Below the pieces are notes generated by a model, which saw nothing but the letters and a program-made list of their open reading frames with translations, was not told the origin of the DNA and ran no database searches. This document shows, piece after piece, positions 9,399-19,974 of a DNA stretch of 64,000 nucleotides. The stretch is from an uncultured Clostridia bacterium (GTDB lineage: Bacteria > Bacillota > Clostridia > Christensenellales > Borkfalkiaceae). Each line of letters starts with the position of its first letter. Within the stretch, counting starts at the first letter, position 1. A program made the position numbers and the translations under genes. The stretch is from positions 120,477 through 184,476 of the forward strand of contig CANQXZ010000001.1 in the NCBI GenBank assembly GCA_947627955.1. The letters run 5' to 3'.

Positions 9399-11756
9399 CT
9401 ATCTCAGCTTTATAAAAGTAACGCCCGTTTCGCCCTCGCCGTACTTGCCGAGGCGGAAACTCGCCACGTTTTTATGCCGTTTTAAGTGTTCGTGTATGGC
9501 ATTTTTGAGTTTCCCCGTGCCTACGCCGTGTATTATCTTTATCTCTTCGAGGTTATCGGTTACGGCTTTGTCGATGAAATTGTCCACTTCGTAGAGCGCC
9601 TCTCCCACCGTCATTCCCAAAAGGTTTATCTCCAGCATGGGTTGCTCTTTTGGAATGGTTTTGACGACCTTTACCTTGCGTTCCTGCCGCTCGGCTTCGC
9701 CTACGAGCCGCAGATCTTTCAGCCCGATGTGCATTTTAAGACTGCCGCAGGCTATCTCCGCCTCTTTTTTGCCGCTGCTATACGCCGTGACAACGCCGCG
9801 TGTCTCCATGGGGACCACAAATACCTGCGCCCCGACTTTGAGGTTATCCGCCGTGGCGGGTTCAAAGTCGTTCGGAACGGACTTTTCGCCCTCCTCGTCA
9901 TACGCTATGTCGCCCAGCTTGTTCTTTATGGTCCGCGCCCTTATAAGGTCGGCTTCCGAAAGATCGCGGGTCTTGAATATCTCCTCCATTTCTGCGAGCA
10001 GCTCTTCGGCCCTCTCGGTGCGCTCGCCTATGATCCTGCGGCTCTCCACGCGCGCGCCCCTCGCTATCTTTTCCCGCTCCTTGTTGAGTTCGGCGACAGT
10101 CCTCTCGGCTTCAGACAGCTTTTTTGTGAGCTCTGTTTTGATATTTTCAGCCTCGCGCAGCACTTTTTCGGCTTTGACGCGGCTCTCTTCAGCGCGCCGC
10201 ACGATATTCTCGAAATTCTGCGCGCCCTCGGACAAAAAGCCCATCGCATCGTTCAAAATCTCCTCGTCCATGCCGAGGCGCCTCGCTATGGCAAGGGCGT
10301 TGCTTGTGCCCGGAAGCCCGATATTTATACTGTAAAGGGGCTTATACGTGGCGGCGTCGAACTCCATACTTGCGTTTTCAACGCCCTGCGTGACATAGGC
10401 ATATTCCTTCAACGGGGTGAAATGGGTCGTGACGATGCCCTTGCACCCCCTGCCGAGCAGGAACTTCAACACCGCTTTGGCTATTGCCTGCCCCTCGTCG
10501 GGATTTGTGCCCCCGCCGAGCTCGTCTATGAGTATCAGGCTTTTATCTGAAGCCGCCGTGCATATCTTTATTATGTTTTCGAGATGCGACGAAAATGTGG
10601 AAAGGCTCTCCTCAATGCTCTGGCTGTCGCCAATATCGCAGAAGACCTCGCCGAAAACCGATAGTTCGCTTCCTGCGGCGGCGGGCACAAACAGCCCGCA
10701 CTCCGCCATGAGCGTAAACAGCCCGCACATCTTGAGCGTTACTGTTTTTCCGCCCGTATTGGCGCCGCTCAAAAGTAAAAAGGCGTAGTTCTTCCCGAGG
10801 CTTACCGAAACGGGCACGACTTTTTCCATGTCAATGAGCGGATGTCTGCCCTTAACTATATTTATGACGCCACGGTCGTTCATTTCGGGCATTGCGCATT
10901 TATGCGCATAGGCATATTCAGCCAACGCAAATTTCGCGTCGAGTTCAGAGAGGATCTCCGCGTCTTGCGACAATTCTCCCGCCATTGCGCCCGCGCGCAC
11001 AGATAATTCCTTTAATATGACCTCTATCTCTTCTTTTTCGTCAATTGTAAGGGCGATCAGTTCGTTGTTGAGTTCGAGCACGTACTCCGGCTCAATGAAA
11101 AAGGTCGCGCCTGTCTTGGAGCGGTCGTGTATAAAGCCCTTAATGTGGTTTTTGTGCTCGGCTTTGACGGGGATGACATATCTGTCGTTGCGCATCGTGA
11201 CGATCGCGTCGCGGAGATACTCGGCGTTTTTGCCCGAAACGTACTCTGCAAGCTGCGCCTTTATCTTCTCGTTCAGGTTTTTGATCTTGCTCCTTATGGA
11301 AAAGAGCCTCGAACTTGCGTTGTCGCTCACAGCGTCGTCGGATAAAATTTTATCGCTAATGTCATCCTCGAGATTTTTATCGAATATGAGCTTGTTCGCG
11401 GCGGCTTTGGCATAAGTAAGACTTTCGTCATCTACCTTGCTTATGGAAGTATAAGCCGCGCGCACGGCGTGCAAAAGACGCGCCGTCTCCCTCAGCTCTG
11501 CGCAGGACAGCACGGAACCCTTCTTTGCCCTGCCGAGAGCCGCAGACATATCGGTGAACTCCTCGATCTTCCCTACCCCGTACAGATAGAGCAGTTTGTC
11601 GCATTCCGCCGTGTATGCGAGCCGCGCGCGGACCTCTTTCAAGTCGCCCGAAGGAGTAAGCGAAAGCACTTTCTCCCTTCCCCCTGCGGAACAGGCGTAC
11701 TCTGCCGCGGCGGCAAGTATTTTATTGAGTTCGAGTTTTTCCGAATTCCTATCCAT
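9399..11756 (-). CDS. mutS2: endonuclease MutS2 (MutS ATPase domain plus C-terminal Smr domain)
   Basis: 785 aa with Walker A GANTGGKTVTLK and a C-terminal Smr region IIHGVGTGKLKNAIHEHLKRH. Confidence 0.95.
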   Translation of the reverse strand: MDRNSEKLELNKILAAAAEYACSAGGREKVLSLTPSGDLKEVRARLAYTAECDKLLYLYGVGKIEEFTDMSAALGRAKKGSVLSCAELRETARLLHAVRAAYTSISKVDDESLTYAKAAANKLIFDKNLEDDISDKILSDDAVSDNASSRLFSIRSKIKNLNEKIKAQLAEYVSGKNAEYLRDAIVTMRNDRYVIPVKAEHKNHIKGFIHDRSKTGATFFIEPEYVLELNNELIALTIDEKEEIEVILKELSVRAGAMAGELSQDAEILSELDAKFALAEYAYAHKCAMPEMNDRGVINIVKGRHPLIDMEKVVPVSVSLGKNYAFLLLSGANTGGKTVTLKMCGLFTLMAECGLFVPAAAGSELSVFGEVFCDIGDSQSIEESLSTFSSHLENIIKICTAASDKSLILIDELGGGTNPDEGQAIAKAVLKFLLGRGCKGIVTTHFTPLKEYAYVTQGVENASMEFDAATYKPLYSINIGLPGTSNALAIARRLGMDEEILNDAMGFLSEGAQNFENIVRRAEESRVKAEKVLREAENIKTELTKKLSEAERTVAELNKEREKIARGARVESRRIIGERTERAEELLAEMEEIFKTRDLSEADLIRARTIKNKLGDIAYDEEGEKSVPNDFEPATADNLKVGAQVFVVPMETRGVVTAYSSGKKEAEIACGSLKMHIGLKDLRLVGEAERQERKVKVVKTIPKEQPMLEINLLGMTVGEALYEVDNFIDKAVTDNLEEIKIIHGVGTGKLKNAIHEHLKRHKNVASFRLGKYGEGETGVTFIKLR

Positions 11757-11758
11757 AA

Positions 11759-13921
11759 TTATAATACAGGGGTCTTTAAATGCCCGTAGGTGTAACTTCC
11801 GAAATACTTCTTTTGACCATCGATGTCGCGCGAAAGGGAAACCGCCCTGTCGGCGTCGCCATTAAGCGAACAGTCGATTAGCGTTCCCGTGGGCGAAACT
11901 CCGACGAGCACGGCGCAGTTATACACCTCGAAGCGGCAAACCGAAGTTTCATAACGCCTGACGGGGAATTCTCTTCCCGTTTCGTCTTTGAGAACGTACC
12001 GAAAACGTCTGTCGCAACCGCCGCATTTTCTGCCGAAAGGGCAATAGATAAGGTCCATGACCTTTAAGTCGCCGCTCGACAGCGCAAATGTATTCTTCCT
12101 CGAAAGAGGCTTGAGTTCGCTCTCCGTGAGCTCCTTTGAGAGGGCAATATAGGTAAACCCGCACCCGTCAACTGCAATTCGGTTGGAGATATTTATCCCG
12201 CAACCGCCGAAAAACGGCTTCTTTAGTTCGGCGGCGAGCTCGGCAGCCCAAACGCCGTCGCCGTATATGCCACCGAAACTTTTGATGAGCGGCAAAAACC
12301 TTTCGATCTCCTCGCCCGTCATGAACGGCGGCAAAAACAGGTATAGCCGCCCGAACGCCTCTTCGGGCTGAATATCGTAGCTGTTCGGCTTGAAAATGAC
12401 TATATCCGCACCCTTGACCTCCCGCTTTTCTGTCACAACGGCAGAAAGGCGGTTATCTTGCGCAACCGAATCGGGGAGAGCGCGCAGAGCAACTGTTTTC
12501 CCACTTCGCTCCGGCGCAAGGTCAAGGAAATACTTCGCATAGACTTCGCGCCTGAAACGGTTGAGCTCGGAGGCGGGCACAAATGCGCTATCGCACACGA
12601 TTTGCCCGAAAGTCACGTCATAGGGGTATTTATCGGTCTTTAAAAAGCAATTTTTGACGGCAAGCTCAGTGAGCGGAGCACTTTCGGCAGTCTGCAAGAC
12701 GCCGTCGCCGAAAAATTTTTTGCCGTTCAGCGTCGCTTCGGCGCGTTTGCCCGCGCAAAAATTTGCGGAAATTTCCAGCTTTATCCGCCTTTTTAACTCT
12801 GAAAGCCGCCTGTTTATGCGGGTATCGGTAGTCACAAAAACCTTATCGCCGTTTTTTAAACGAACCTGTGAACTTATGACAAAGCCGCCGCGCGCGGGCG
12901 AGACGAACTCAGCCCCGCCTATCTCGCCGCCGTCGCGCAATATCTTGAAGCCGTCGCCGACATTGAAATTCTCCGCCGACTGACAGATATATTTTCCGTT
13001 TTCAACCTTTACAACGCCCGCATACTCCCCGATATGCCCCTGAACTGCGGAAGAGATAAAATTTTTGCTCTGCCCGAACGCGAGCCCGCAGGTATAATTG
13101 CCGCGGTTGAACGTGCGCTTAAGGTCGGAAAGATCCTCCGCGGTCGCCGTGCCCGCAAGGATATTTTTATAGTATTTGACTGCCGCGGACACATATTCGG
13201 GGCGGCGCATCCTGCCCTCTATCTTAAAAGACGTCACGCCGGCGGCGGCAAGCTCGCCTATCTTCTCGCCAACGCACAGATCGGATAAAGAAAGTCTGTA
13301 AGCCAATGAGCCAAAGCCCTCCCTGTCAAGGGAATATCTCTTTCTGCAAGGCTGCTTGCATCTTCCCCTGTTTCCGCTGTTGCCGCCCGCAAAGGACGAC
13401 ATGTAGCACTGACCCGAAAAACATGTGCAGAGCGCGCCCTGAACAAACACTTCAGTCTCTATTACCGAAGCTACGGCTCTTATGTCCTCCAAAGAGGTCT
13501 CGCGGGCGAGGATCACGCGCGAAAAACCGCATTTTACGGCAAGACGTGCGCCGTAAGCGTTGCAGATACCCGCCTGCGTGGAAAGGTGCAATACGATTTG
13601 GGGATAGACGCTCTTAATATATTTACCGAGAAAGACGTCCGAAATAATTATGGCGTCTGCGCCTTCGTTCCAGACAGAGACCATGAGAGATAAAAAACTT
13701 TCAAGTTCCACGTCCTTTACGGCGGTATTCATAGCTACATAGATTTTCACGCCGAAAGCGTGGGCGTATGCGGCTATCTCTTTGAAGCCGTCGAGGTCGA
13801 AGTTATCCGCCGAATTCCTCGCGGAAAAACTCGACATGCCGAGATAGATCGCGTCTGCCCCGGCGTTTATCGCCGCAATTGCGCTCTCTTTACCGCCCGC
13901 AGGCGCCAATATTTCTGACAT
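11759..13921 (-). CDS. U32 family peptidase (long form)
   Basis: Starts MSEILAPAGG..., typical of U32. ATG at 13921, 4 nt after the stop of the upstream gene. The 27-codon extension in the ORF track was discarded. Confidence 0.85.
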   Translation of the reverse strand: MSEILAPAGGKESAIAAINAGADAIYLGMSSFSARNSADNFDLDGFKEIAAYAHAFGVKIYVAMNTAVKDVELESFLSLMVSVWNEGADAIIISDVFLGKYIKSVYPQIVLHLSTQAGICNAYGARLAVKCGFSRVILARETSLEDIRAVASVIETEVFVQGALCTCFSGQCYMSSFAGGNSGNRGRCKQPCRKRYSLDREGFGSLAYRLSLSDLCVGEKIGELAAAGVTSFKIEGRMRRPEYVSAAVKYYKNILAGTATAEDLSDLKRTFNRGNYTCGLAFGQSKNFISSAVQGHIGEYAGVVKVENGKYICQSAENFNVGDGFKILRDGGEIGGAEFVSPARGGFVISSQVRLKNGDKVFVTTDTRINRRLSELKRRIKLEISANFCAGKRAEATLNGKKFFGDGVLQTAESAPLTELAVKNCFLKTDKYPYDVTFGQIVCDSAFVPASELNRFRREVYAKYFLDLAPERSGKTVALRALPDSVAQDNRLSAVVTEKREVKGADIVIFKPNSYDIQPEEAFGRLYLFLPPFMTGEEIERFLPLIKSFGGIYGDGVWAAELAAELKKPFFGGCGINISNRIAVDGCGFTYIALSKELTESELKPLSRKNTFALSSGDLKVMDLIYCPFGRKCGGCDRRFRYVLKDETGREFPVRRYETSVCRFEVYNCAVLVGVSPTGTLIDCSLNGDADRAVSLSRDIDGQKKYFGSYTYGHLKTPVL

Positions 13922-13925
13922 AGTA

Positions 13926-14747
13926 CTATGCAAAACCAAATTTTTTGATAATTTGAGCCACTGCTCCCTCGTTATTTGTGACCGCGACGAAGTCGGCGGC
14001 ACTTTTAAGCTCTTCTTCGCCGTTCCCCACGGCGCAGCCGATCCCCGCCGCCTTTATCATGGACAAGTCGTTCAGATTATCTCCGCAGGCAACGGTCTTT
14101 TCGATGGGGATCCCGTAATGTTTAGCGAGAAATTTCAGCGCTTCGCCCTTGTTGTCGCTGAGCGGCGATACCTCAACGAGCACGGGCGCGCTGCAAGTTA
14201 TGTCGAACCTGTCTCCGAGGCGCTCCAAAAGTGCGGAATAGAGCCTGTTTCTGTCCTCTTTTTTTACAAGGCATGCCACTTTTTGGCAATTCAGTCTGTT
14301 TTGTAAGACGAAATCGGATATCTTTCCCTCAACTCCCTTCGCCTTTACCCTCACGATCTGCTCATATCTTTTCAGATATTCGTTGTCGAGCGGAATATCG
14401 GTATACATGTCGTCCGAGCTGTACACGTTTATCGGGAAGCCGAGCTCCTCGATATTCCGGCATATCTCAGCCGTCTCCTCATATCCCATGCCGCCCGTTT
14501 TGATTATCTCGCCGCTCTCGATATCGGCTATAACTGTGCCCTGATAGGCAATCACAAGCCCTTTCAAGCCGAGTTCGCGCACCTGCGGCAGTATACAGCA
14601 TGGCATTCTGCCCGTTATGACGGCGAAAATGCCCCCCGCGGACACATATTCGTCTATCGCCTCTTTTACATGGGGCGGCACATTCTGGTTGTCGTCGATA
14701 AGCGTTCCGTCAAAGTCCGAAACGATCAAGCCATAGTTGATTTTCAT
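13926..14747 (-). CDS. Cof-type HAD-IIB phosphatase
   Basis: 273 aa with the DxDGT motif (LIVSDFDGTLI) and a C-terminal GDNLNDLSM motif. Confidence 0.85.
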   Translation of the reverse strand: MKINYGLIVSDFDGTLIDDNQNVPPHVKEAIDEYVSAGGIFAVITGRMPCCILPQVRELGLKGLVIAYQGTVIADIESGEIIKTGGMGYEETAEICRNIEELGFPINVYSSDDMYTDIPLDNEYLKRYEQIVRVKAKGVEGKISDFVLQNRLNCQKVACLVKKEDRNRLYSALLERLGDRFDITCSAPVLVEVSPLSDNKGEALKFLAKHYGIPIEKTVACGDNLNDLSMIKAAGIGCAVGNGEEELKSAADFVAVTNNEGAVAQIIKKFGFA

Positions 14748-16555
14748 AGTTCGTTTTCAAGGTAATTTTTTATTCTCTGCGCAAGTTGCAGGCTTATCCC
14801 CTCGCACGCGGACAATTCCTCGACGCTCGCCGATATTATACCGTCAAGCGTTCCGAATTTTTCAAGCAAAGCCATTCTCTTCACTTTGCCTATGCCCTCT
14901 ATTTCCGACAACACGGAACTCAGATTGCGCTTCGAGTGAATGTTTCTGAAATAGGTGATCGCAAAACGGTGCGCCTCGTCGCGAATACGTTGAAGCATTT
15001 TAAGCGAATAGTCGCGGTGCGATATACGTACGCTCTCGGGCGAATCGAGGGTGAACACCTCTTCTTCCCGCTTGGCAAGCGAAATAAGTTCAATATCTGA
15101 TATCCCCTTCATGACGAATATCTCGTTGACTGCGGAGAGCTGTCCCTTACCGCCGTCGATTATAATGAGGTCGGGTTTGGGAAATTTTTCCTCTTCTTCC
15201 GTTCCCAGCTTGTCAAGCCGCCTTAAAAGCACCTCTTTAAGCGAGGCAAAGTCGTCCGCGCCCTCAACGGTCTTGATCCTGAACCGCCTGTAACTGCTCC
15301 TGTCCGCCTCGCCGTCGATAAATACCACCATCGAGGCAACTTTGTCTACCCCGCTGATATTCGAAATATCGTAGCATTCCATGCGGCGGGGATAGGCTTT
15401 GAGTCCGAGCAGCTCCTGCAAACGCCTGCATGCGTTTACGGTCATATCGTTCTTGTGGTTGATCTTATCAACGGATTTTTCGAGATATTCGTTGGCGTTC
15501 TTTTTAGCCATTTGGAGCAGACGGAACTTATCGCCCTGCTTTGCGCAGGTAATTTCCACGTTTTTACTGAATTTTTCCTTAAAATAGCTCTGCAATAGCT
15601 CTTTCTCGCAAAAATCCTCTACGATTATCTCAGAAGGCGCGTCGTGGTTGGAATAGTATTGGGAGATAAAGCTCGTCAGCGCTTCGCCGTCGCTCATATG
15701 CGCCTCGTCGAGGGCAAAATTGCTCCCGCCCTGCATTATCCCCTTCCGCGTGACCAACACATTAACAGCAGAATAGAGGTCGTTCGTGGCGTATGCGATT
15801 ATGTCGGCGTCTATCGCCTTGTTGAGGGAGGTTATTCTCTTCGCCTCCAACTTAGAGAGCATTCCGAGCTTGTTTTTGTAGTCCAATGCAAGTTCGAAAT
15901 TCTCGTTTTCAGCCGCAGAAAGCATCTTCGCCTGAAGAAGTTCTTCCGCCTCTCTGAGGTCGCCTTCAAGAAATCTGAGCGCTTTTTTTACACGCTCGGC
16001 GTACTCCCCGCGGTCCGTCTTGCCCGCGCACGGCGCAACGCATCTCCCTATGTGGTAATTGAGGCACTCCCGCTTGGGCTTGGAAGTTATGGCGGTGTGG
16101 CAGAGCCGCACGGAAAAGGTCAGCTGCACCGTATCGAGAATATCTTTACAGCTTATCCCGCCCATAAAAGGGCCGAAGTATTTACAGCCGTCCTTTTTGA
16201 TCTTGCGCGTTATATAAAAATTGGGAAATTCCTCGCGCATGTCCACTTTGATATACGGGTAAGTCTTGTCGTCTTTTAATAAAATGTTGTACTTGGGCTT
16301 GTACTTCTTAATGAGATTATTTTCAAGCGCGAGGGCGTCTATCTCCGAAGATGTGATAATATAGTTGAAATCGGCTATATTTTCGACCATCTTCATAACT
16401 TTTTCGGGTTTGGGGGTATTGTGAAAATACTGCCGCACCCTGTTTTTCAAAACGCGCGCTTTGCCCACGTAAATCACGTTCCCGTATTTATCGAGCATTA
16501 TATAAACGCCGGGATTGTCGGGCAAAAGTTTGAGTTTCTCTCTTATAACGTCCAT
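14744..16555 (-). CDS. uvrC: excinuclease ABC subunit C
   Basis: 603 aa with an N-terminal GIY-YIG domain (GVYIMLDKYGNVIYVGKA), a UvrBC-interaction region and a C-terminal HhH. Confidence 0.97.
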   Translation of the reverse strand: MDVIREKLKLLPDNPGVYIMLDKYGNVIYVGKARVLKNRVRQYFHNTPKPEKVMKMVENIADFNYIITSSEIDALALENNLIKKYKPKYNILLKDDKTYPYIKVDMREEFPNFYITRKIKKDGCKYFGPFMGGISCKDILDTVQLTFSVRLCHTAITSKPKRECLNYHIGRCVAPCAGKTDRGEYAERVKKALRFLEGDLREAEELLQAKMLSAAENENFELALDYKNKLGMLSKLEAKRITSLNKAIDADIIAYATNDLYSAVNVLVTRKGIMQGGSNFALDEAHMSDGEALTSFISQYYSNHDAPSEIIVEDFCEKELLQSYFKEKFSKNVEITCAKQGDKFRLLQMAKKNANEYLEKSVDKINHKNDMTVNACRRLQELLGLKAYPRRMECYDISNISGVDKVASMVVFIDGEADRSSYRRFRIKTVEGADDFASLKEVLLRRLDKLGTEEEEKFPKPDLIIIDGGKGQLSAVNEIFVMKGISDIELISLAKREEEVFTLDSPESVRISHRDYSLKMLQRIRDEAHRFAITYFRNIHSKRNLSSVLSEIEGIGKVKRMALLEKFGTLDGIISASVEELSACEGISLQLAQRIKNYLENEL

Positions 16556-16612
16556 AATTACAACTGTAAAATATTATACCACTTTACAAAACAATTTGCA
16601 ATATTATGCGCA

Positions 16613-16644
16613 ACAAAAAAGAGCTTGCCGCGCGACAAGCTCTT
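16613..16644 (-). terminator. rho-independent terminator after the pectate lyase gene
   Basis: Minus strand has the AAGAGCTTG/CAAGCTCTT stem followed by TTTTTTG. Confidence 0.7.
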
Positions 16645-16651
16645 ACTTTTG

Positions 16652-19384
16652 TCAATCGGACAATGCTTTGTGCACTCCCGCGCATTGCTTAATGAGTTCC
16701 GGCAACTGCGAAAGGTCGGTTATCATATTTTCAACCGCTGTGCACCTATTAAAATCGTCATAGTAGAAATTGTCGCTGCTGTTTTCGAAACTCGGGCAGA
16801 ACGCATTTTCGCTTGCGACCTCTTGGTTCCTGTCTGTCGCAACCGTTATGTTATTGTCCGTTGTATTGAGATCGTACTTGGATTTTTCCGAGCCCGTAAC
16901 CGTGTTCACGAATTCACAGTTATACAACTTTACAACGCCCTTTAATCCCACTTGCTCCTGAGTTTCGATTGGAATTTTGGCGTTTTCAAAATAGCAGTAC
17001 TCGATAAACGCATAGCCGCCCGCACGGATGGACATATTAGTCCCCGTAGAGCCCTTATAGTAGTTGTTGTACATGTGCATGTTCGCCTGTCTTGCAAGGG
17101 GCAGGCGGCTGTTGTTGTCCTCATAGAAGTTATGGTGGAAGGTTACGCACGCGGTAGTCTGCGAATCGTCGCCGCCGATAAGTCCCGTTTTATGGTTGTG
17201 ATAATAGTGATTATATGAAAGCGTGACGTATGCGTTCCGCTTGAAATCGGTGGCGCCGTCCCCCTCATGCTTATCCTGTTCGGGGCAGACATCCCAATAA
17301 TTTCTGCCTTCAAGGAAAGTATTGTTGTGGACCCAGATGTGCGTTGAATTGAACTCCTCCAAATTTTGAGGCTCTTTGCCGTTGAACTTATCCCCTTCAA
17401 AACTGCATGCGTCCTCGGGATAGTCTTCGAATGTGAGGTTTCTCACCTCGATATAGTTGCAATTTTTCCACGTAAGACCCCATTGGAAGAGCCTTGCGTC
17501 GGTGCCGACGCCCTCAAGAGTTACGTTACTTGCGTTCTTAATTATGCAGTTGTTCCATGCGGAATCATATTCCTTTTTCTCGCTGTCGTATACGGCTTTG
17601 CTGTCAAGCCCCAAAAGTTCGCTGCATCCGCCCTTTGCGGGGTCTGTGTTCAGCGTGTTGAAGCCGCCACTTATCAATTCTTCCTGTGTGATGTCCTTTC
17701 TGTCGGTGGGCAAATTATCGCCGTTAACCCCCTTCACGGCGGCTGCGGAGAGATTTCCGCCCGCGGGCTTTTCATATTTCAGCTCGTTCCACGTTGCTGC
17801 GGAGATCGTGCCCACAACTCTCACCACGAGCGGAACTTTAAAATCCGTGGCGTTTTTGAGCAAGCCGACGATACCATTATATGTTTTGCCGTTGTACGAT
17901 ACATCGTCATTTTTGTTCTCTTCGGAGAAGTAAAAGACTTCGGCGCCACTCCTTAAACCACCGTCGTAGTAATCATACGCCCCGATTTCCGCTATATTGT
18001 CTTTGTAAAAATGAGCATAACCCGAACGGTCATACGAAGCGACTGCAATGGATTCGGTAGTCGCCGTTTTCCCTGCCGCAGCTATGGTAATAGTGTAGTT
18101 TCCTGCAATCAACCCCATCAGATCGACGCGGATCTTGCCGTCGGTTTCCCTGATTATTCCGCTCTTTGAATCGAGCACGCCGCGTGACTTGCCCGAATAC
18201 GATACGGAATATTCGGACAATTCCGTAATGCCCTCAACGGGCTCGAATTCGACGAACGCGCTCTCTTCATATCCGCCGCACGCAGTGATATTTATTGGCT
18301 TGCCCGTAACGGGCGCGTCGGGCGTCCACTTGGCATAGAACTTTTTGTTGCCGATATCCGTATCGCTTATCTCGTATATCCTGTCGCCGTTGCACTCTTC
18401 GCTTTCAAACCAGCCGCCGAACGTATTTCCCTCTTTTTCAACCTGCGTAGGCAAAGTTGCGCCCACGCCGTAGGTATACCCGTTGATAGGGGTTCCCGTT
18501 ATAGCGCCGCCGAACAGTTCATACGAAATAGTGTAAGTATTTGCCAGCCAACGGGCATGCAAAGTCAGATTGCCCGTCACTCCCTGCGAAAAATTGTATT
18601 CGCTGCCGCCTGTAACGTCGGTAAACCATCCCTTGAATTCGTGCCCGGTTTTTTCGGGGTCGTTGGGCTTGGCGACCATATCGCCGCTTTTGACCTTTTT
18701 TACCTCGTCGCTCGTCCCGTTATAGTATTTGAACGTGACGTCGTAGACTGTTTCAACGGGCGGCTCGACTGCAATAGGCTGCCATTTGGCGTAGTAATTC
18801 TTGTCTCCCGTGGCGTTTGCGGGGATCTGCGTGACCGCGTTACCGTGGAAGTACTCGTTGTCATACCAGCCCTTGAACTCGGAACCGCTGAGGACCACTT
18901 CCTCCGCCGTGGGCAAATCGACCGCCGTTCCCTCTGTATAAGAGGTTATATTGGAAGCGGGATCGACAAACGCGCCGCCGTTTAAGTGCAGTGTGACAGA
19001 GTGCGTCGCGGGCGCGGGCGGCTCGGTCTTCTCTTCCTTCCATTGAGCCCAAAATTCCATGTCGCGCGTTGCGTCTACGGCATTTATCTTTATCTGGAAC
19101 GCGCCCTTGAAATCCTTATTGTCGTACCAGCCTATAAAGGAATGCGAGTCGTCCTCCCAATAGGGAACGGGCAAAATGACTTCGGAGCCTGCCTCGAAGG
19201 AAGTTATGTTGTCCTCCTCGTCGATAATGCCGCCGTTGGTATGCAATACAAGGCTGTACGTCGTTTTGGGGTTGCCTTCCGAACCTCCTTCTAAATTTGC
19301 GGCTTTGGTGCCCACGTCGCAAGCCGAAACAAACAATAGCGCCGCAGAGATCACCGTAGCGGCAAGCGCTTTTATTACCTTCAT
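16652..19384 (-). CDS. secreted lipoprotein: InlB B-repeat (Listeria-Bacteroides repeat) domains plus PL1 pectate lyase domain
   Basis: Lipobox MKVIKALAATVISAALLFVSAC, with the ATG at 19384 behind a GGGAG RBS. Four GW[YF]xxxxxxG repeats. C-terminal VTFHHNFYEDNNSRLPLARQANMHMYNNYY matches the pectate lyase R-P-R / NNYY signature. Confidence 0.8.
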   Translation of the reverse strand: MKVIKALAATVISAALLFVSACDVGTKAANLEGGSEGNPKTTYSLVLHTNGGIIDEEDNITSFEAGSEVILPVPYWEDDSHSFIGWYDNKDFKGAFQIKINAVDATRDMEFWAQWKEEKTEPPAPATHSVTLHLNGGAFVDPASNITSYTEGTAVDLPTAEEVVLSGSEFKGWYDNEYFHGNAVTQIPANATGDKNYYAKWQPIAVEPPVETVYDVTFKYYNGTSDEVKKVKSGDMVAKPNDPEKTGHEFKGWFTDVTGGSEYNFSQGVTGNLTLHARWLANTYTISYELFGGAITGTPINGYTYGVGATLPTQVEKEGNTFGGWFESEECNGDRIYEISDTDIGNKKFYAKWTPDAPVTGKPINITACGGYEESAFVEFEPVEGITELSEYSVSYSGKSRGVLDSKSGIIRETDGKIRVDLMGLIAGNYTITIAAAGKTATTESIAVASYDRSGYAHFYKDNIAEIGAYDYYDGGLRSGAEVFYFSEENKNDDVSYNGKTYNGIVGLLKNATDFKVPLVVRVVGTISAATWNELKYEKPAGGNLSAAAVKGVNGDNLPTDRKDITQEELISGGFNTLNTDPAKGGCSELLGLDSKAVYDSEKKEYDSAWNNCIIKNASNVTLEGVGTDARLFQWGLTWKNCNYIEVRNLTFEDYPEDACSFEGDKFNGKEPQNLEEFNSTHIWVHNNTFLEGRNYWDVCPEQDKHEGDGATDFKRNAYVTLSYNHYYHNHKTGLIGGDDSQTTACVTFHHNFYEDNNSRLPLARQANMHMYNNYYKGSTGTNMSIRAGGYAFIEYCYFENAKIPIETQEQVGLKGVVKLYNCEFVNTVTGSEKSKYDLNTTDNNITVATDRNQEVASENAFCPSFENSSDNFYYDDFNRCTAVENMITDLSQLPELIKQCAGVHKALSD

Positions 19385-19490
19385 TTTCAATCTCCCAAAA
19401 TCATTTTGATTACCTTTGATTTTATCACAAACCGCACGGTTTTTCAATAGAGGATAAATATTTTTATTATAAAAATGTAACTTTACGGTT

Positions 19491-19530
19491 AAAAAATTAC
19501 GGCACGGCGATATATGCTATCGCCGTGCCG
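19491..19530 (-). terminator. rho-independent terminator after the ArsR-family gene
   Basis: 13-bp stem CGGCACGGCGATA/TATCGCCGTGCCG with a 5-nt loop, then TAATTTTTT on the minus strand. Confidence 0.8.
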
Positions 19531-19547
19531 CAATTGAGCGGTTGCGT

Positions 19548-19886
19548 TCAAAACCCGAGAAATTCCACGCCTTTCAGCATAACGTCGTTGACCGTGTCGT
19601 TGACGAGGGAATAGAAGATTATCTTCCCCTGCCTTTCGCTCTTCACTATCCCGAGATTTTTCAATAGCCTGAGCTGATGCGAAACGGTGGTCTGGTTTAT
19701 GTCGAGCACGCGCGACAGGTCGGTCACGCACATCTCGGATATAGCCAGCGCGGACAGCATGCGCACCCTCGTCGGGTCCGCAAATATGGAAAAAAAGCAG
19801 ACTATCCCGTCGAGCACATCGCCGTTCGGCACGTACTCTCTCACTATTTCTTTTGTACGTCTGTCTAACAGCATTGTGTCCTGCAT
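19548..19886 (-). CDS. ArsR/SmtB-family metal-responsive transcriptional regulator
   Basis: 112 aa with the winged HTH FADPTRVRMLSAL...MCVTDLSRVLDINQTTVSHQLRLLKNLGIV. Confidence 0.85.
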   Translation of the reverse strand: MQDTMLLDRRTKEIVREYVPNGDVLDGIVCFFSIFADPTRVRMLSALAISEMCVTDLSRVLDINQTTVSHQLRLLKNLGIVKSERQGKIIFYSLVNDTVNDVMLKGVEFLGF

Positions 19887-19974
19887 ATGTCAACCTCCGA
19901 TTCCATTATACGGCTATATGCAAATATGTCAATGCGTTAAAAAAACGTATTATGTCATTAAATAGACGACTTTG

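Noticed and set aside
9486-10550. 354-aa plus-strand ORF, and other plus-strand ORFs (9637-10335, 11017-11415), inside mutS2
   Set aside because: These are antisense shadow frames of a clearly identified gene, with no RBS or domain signature.
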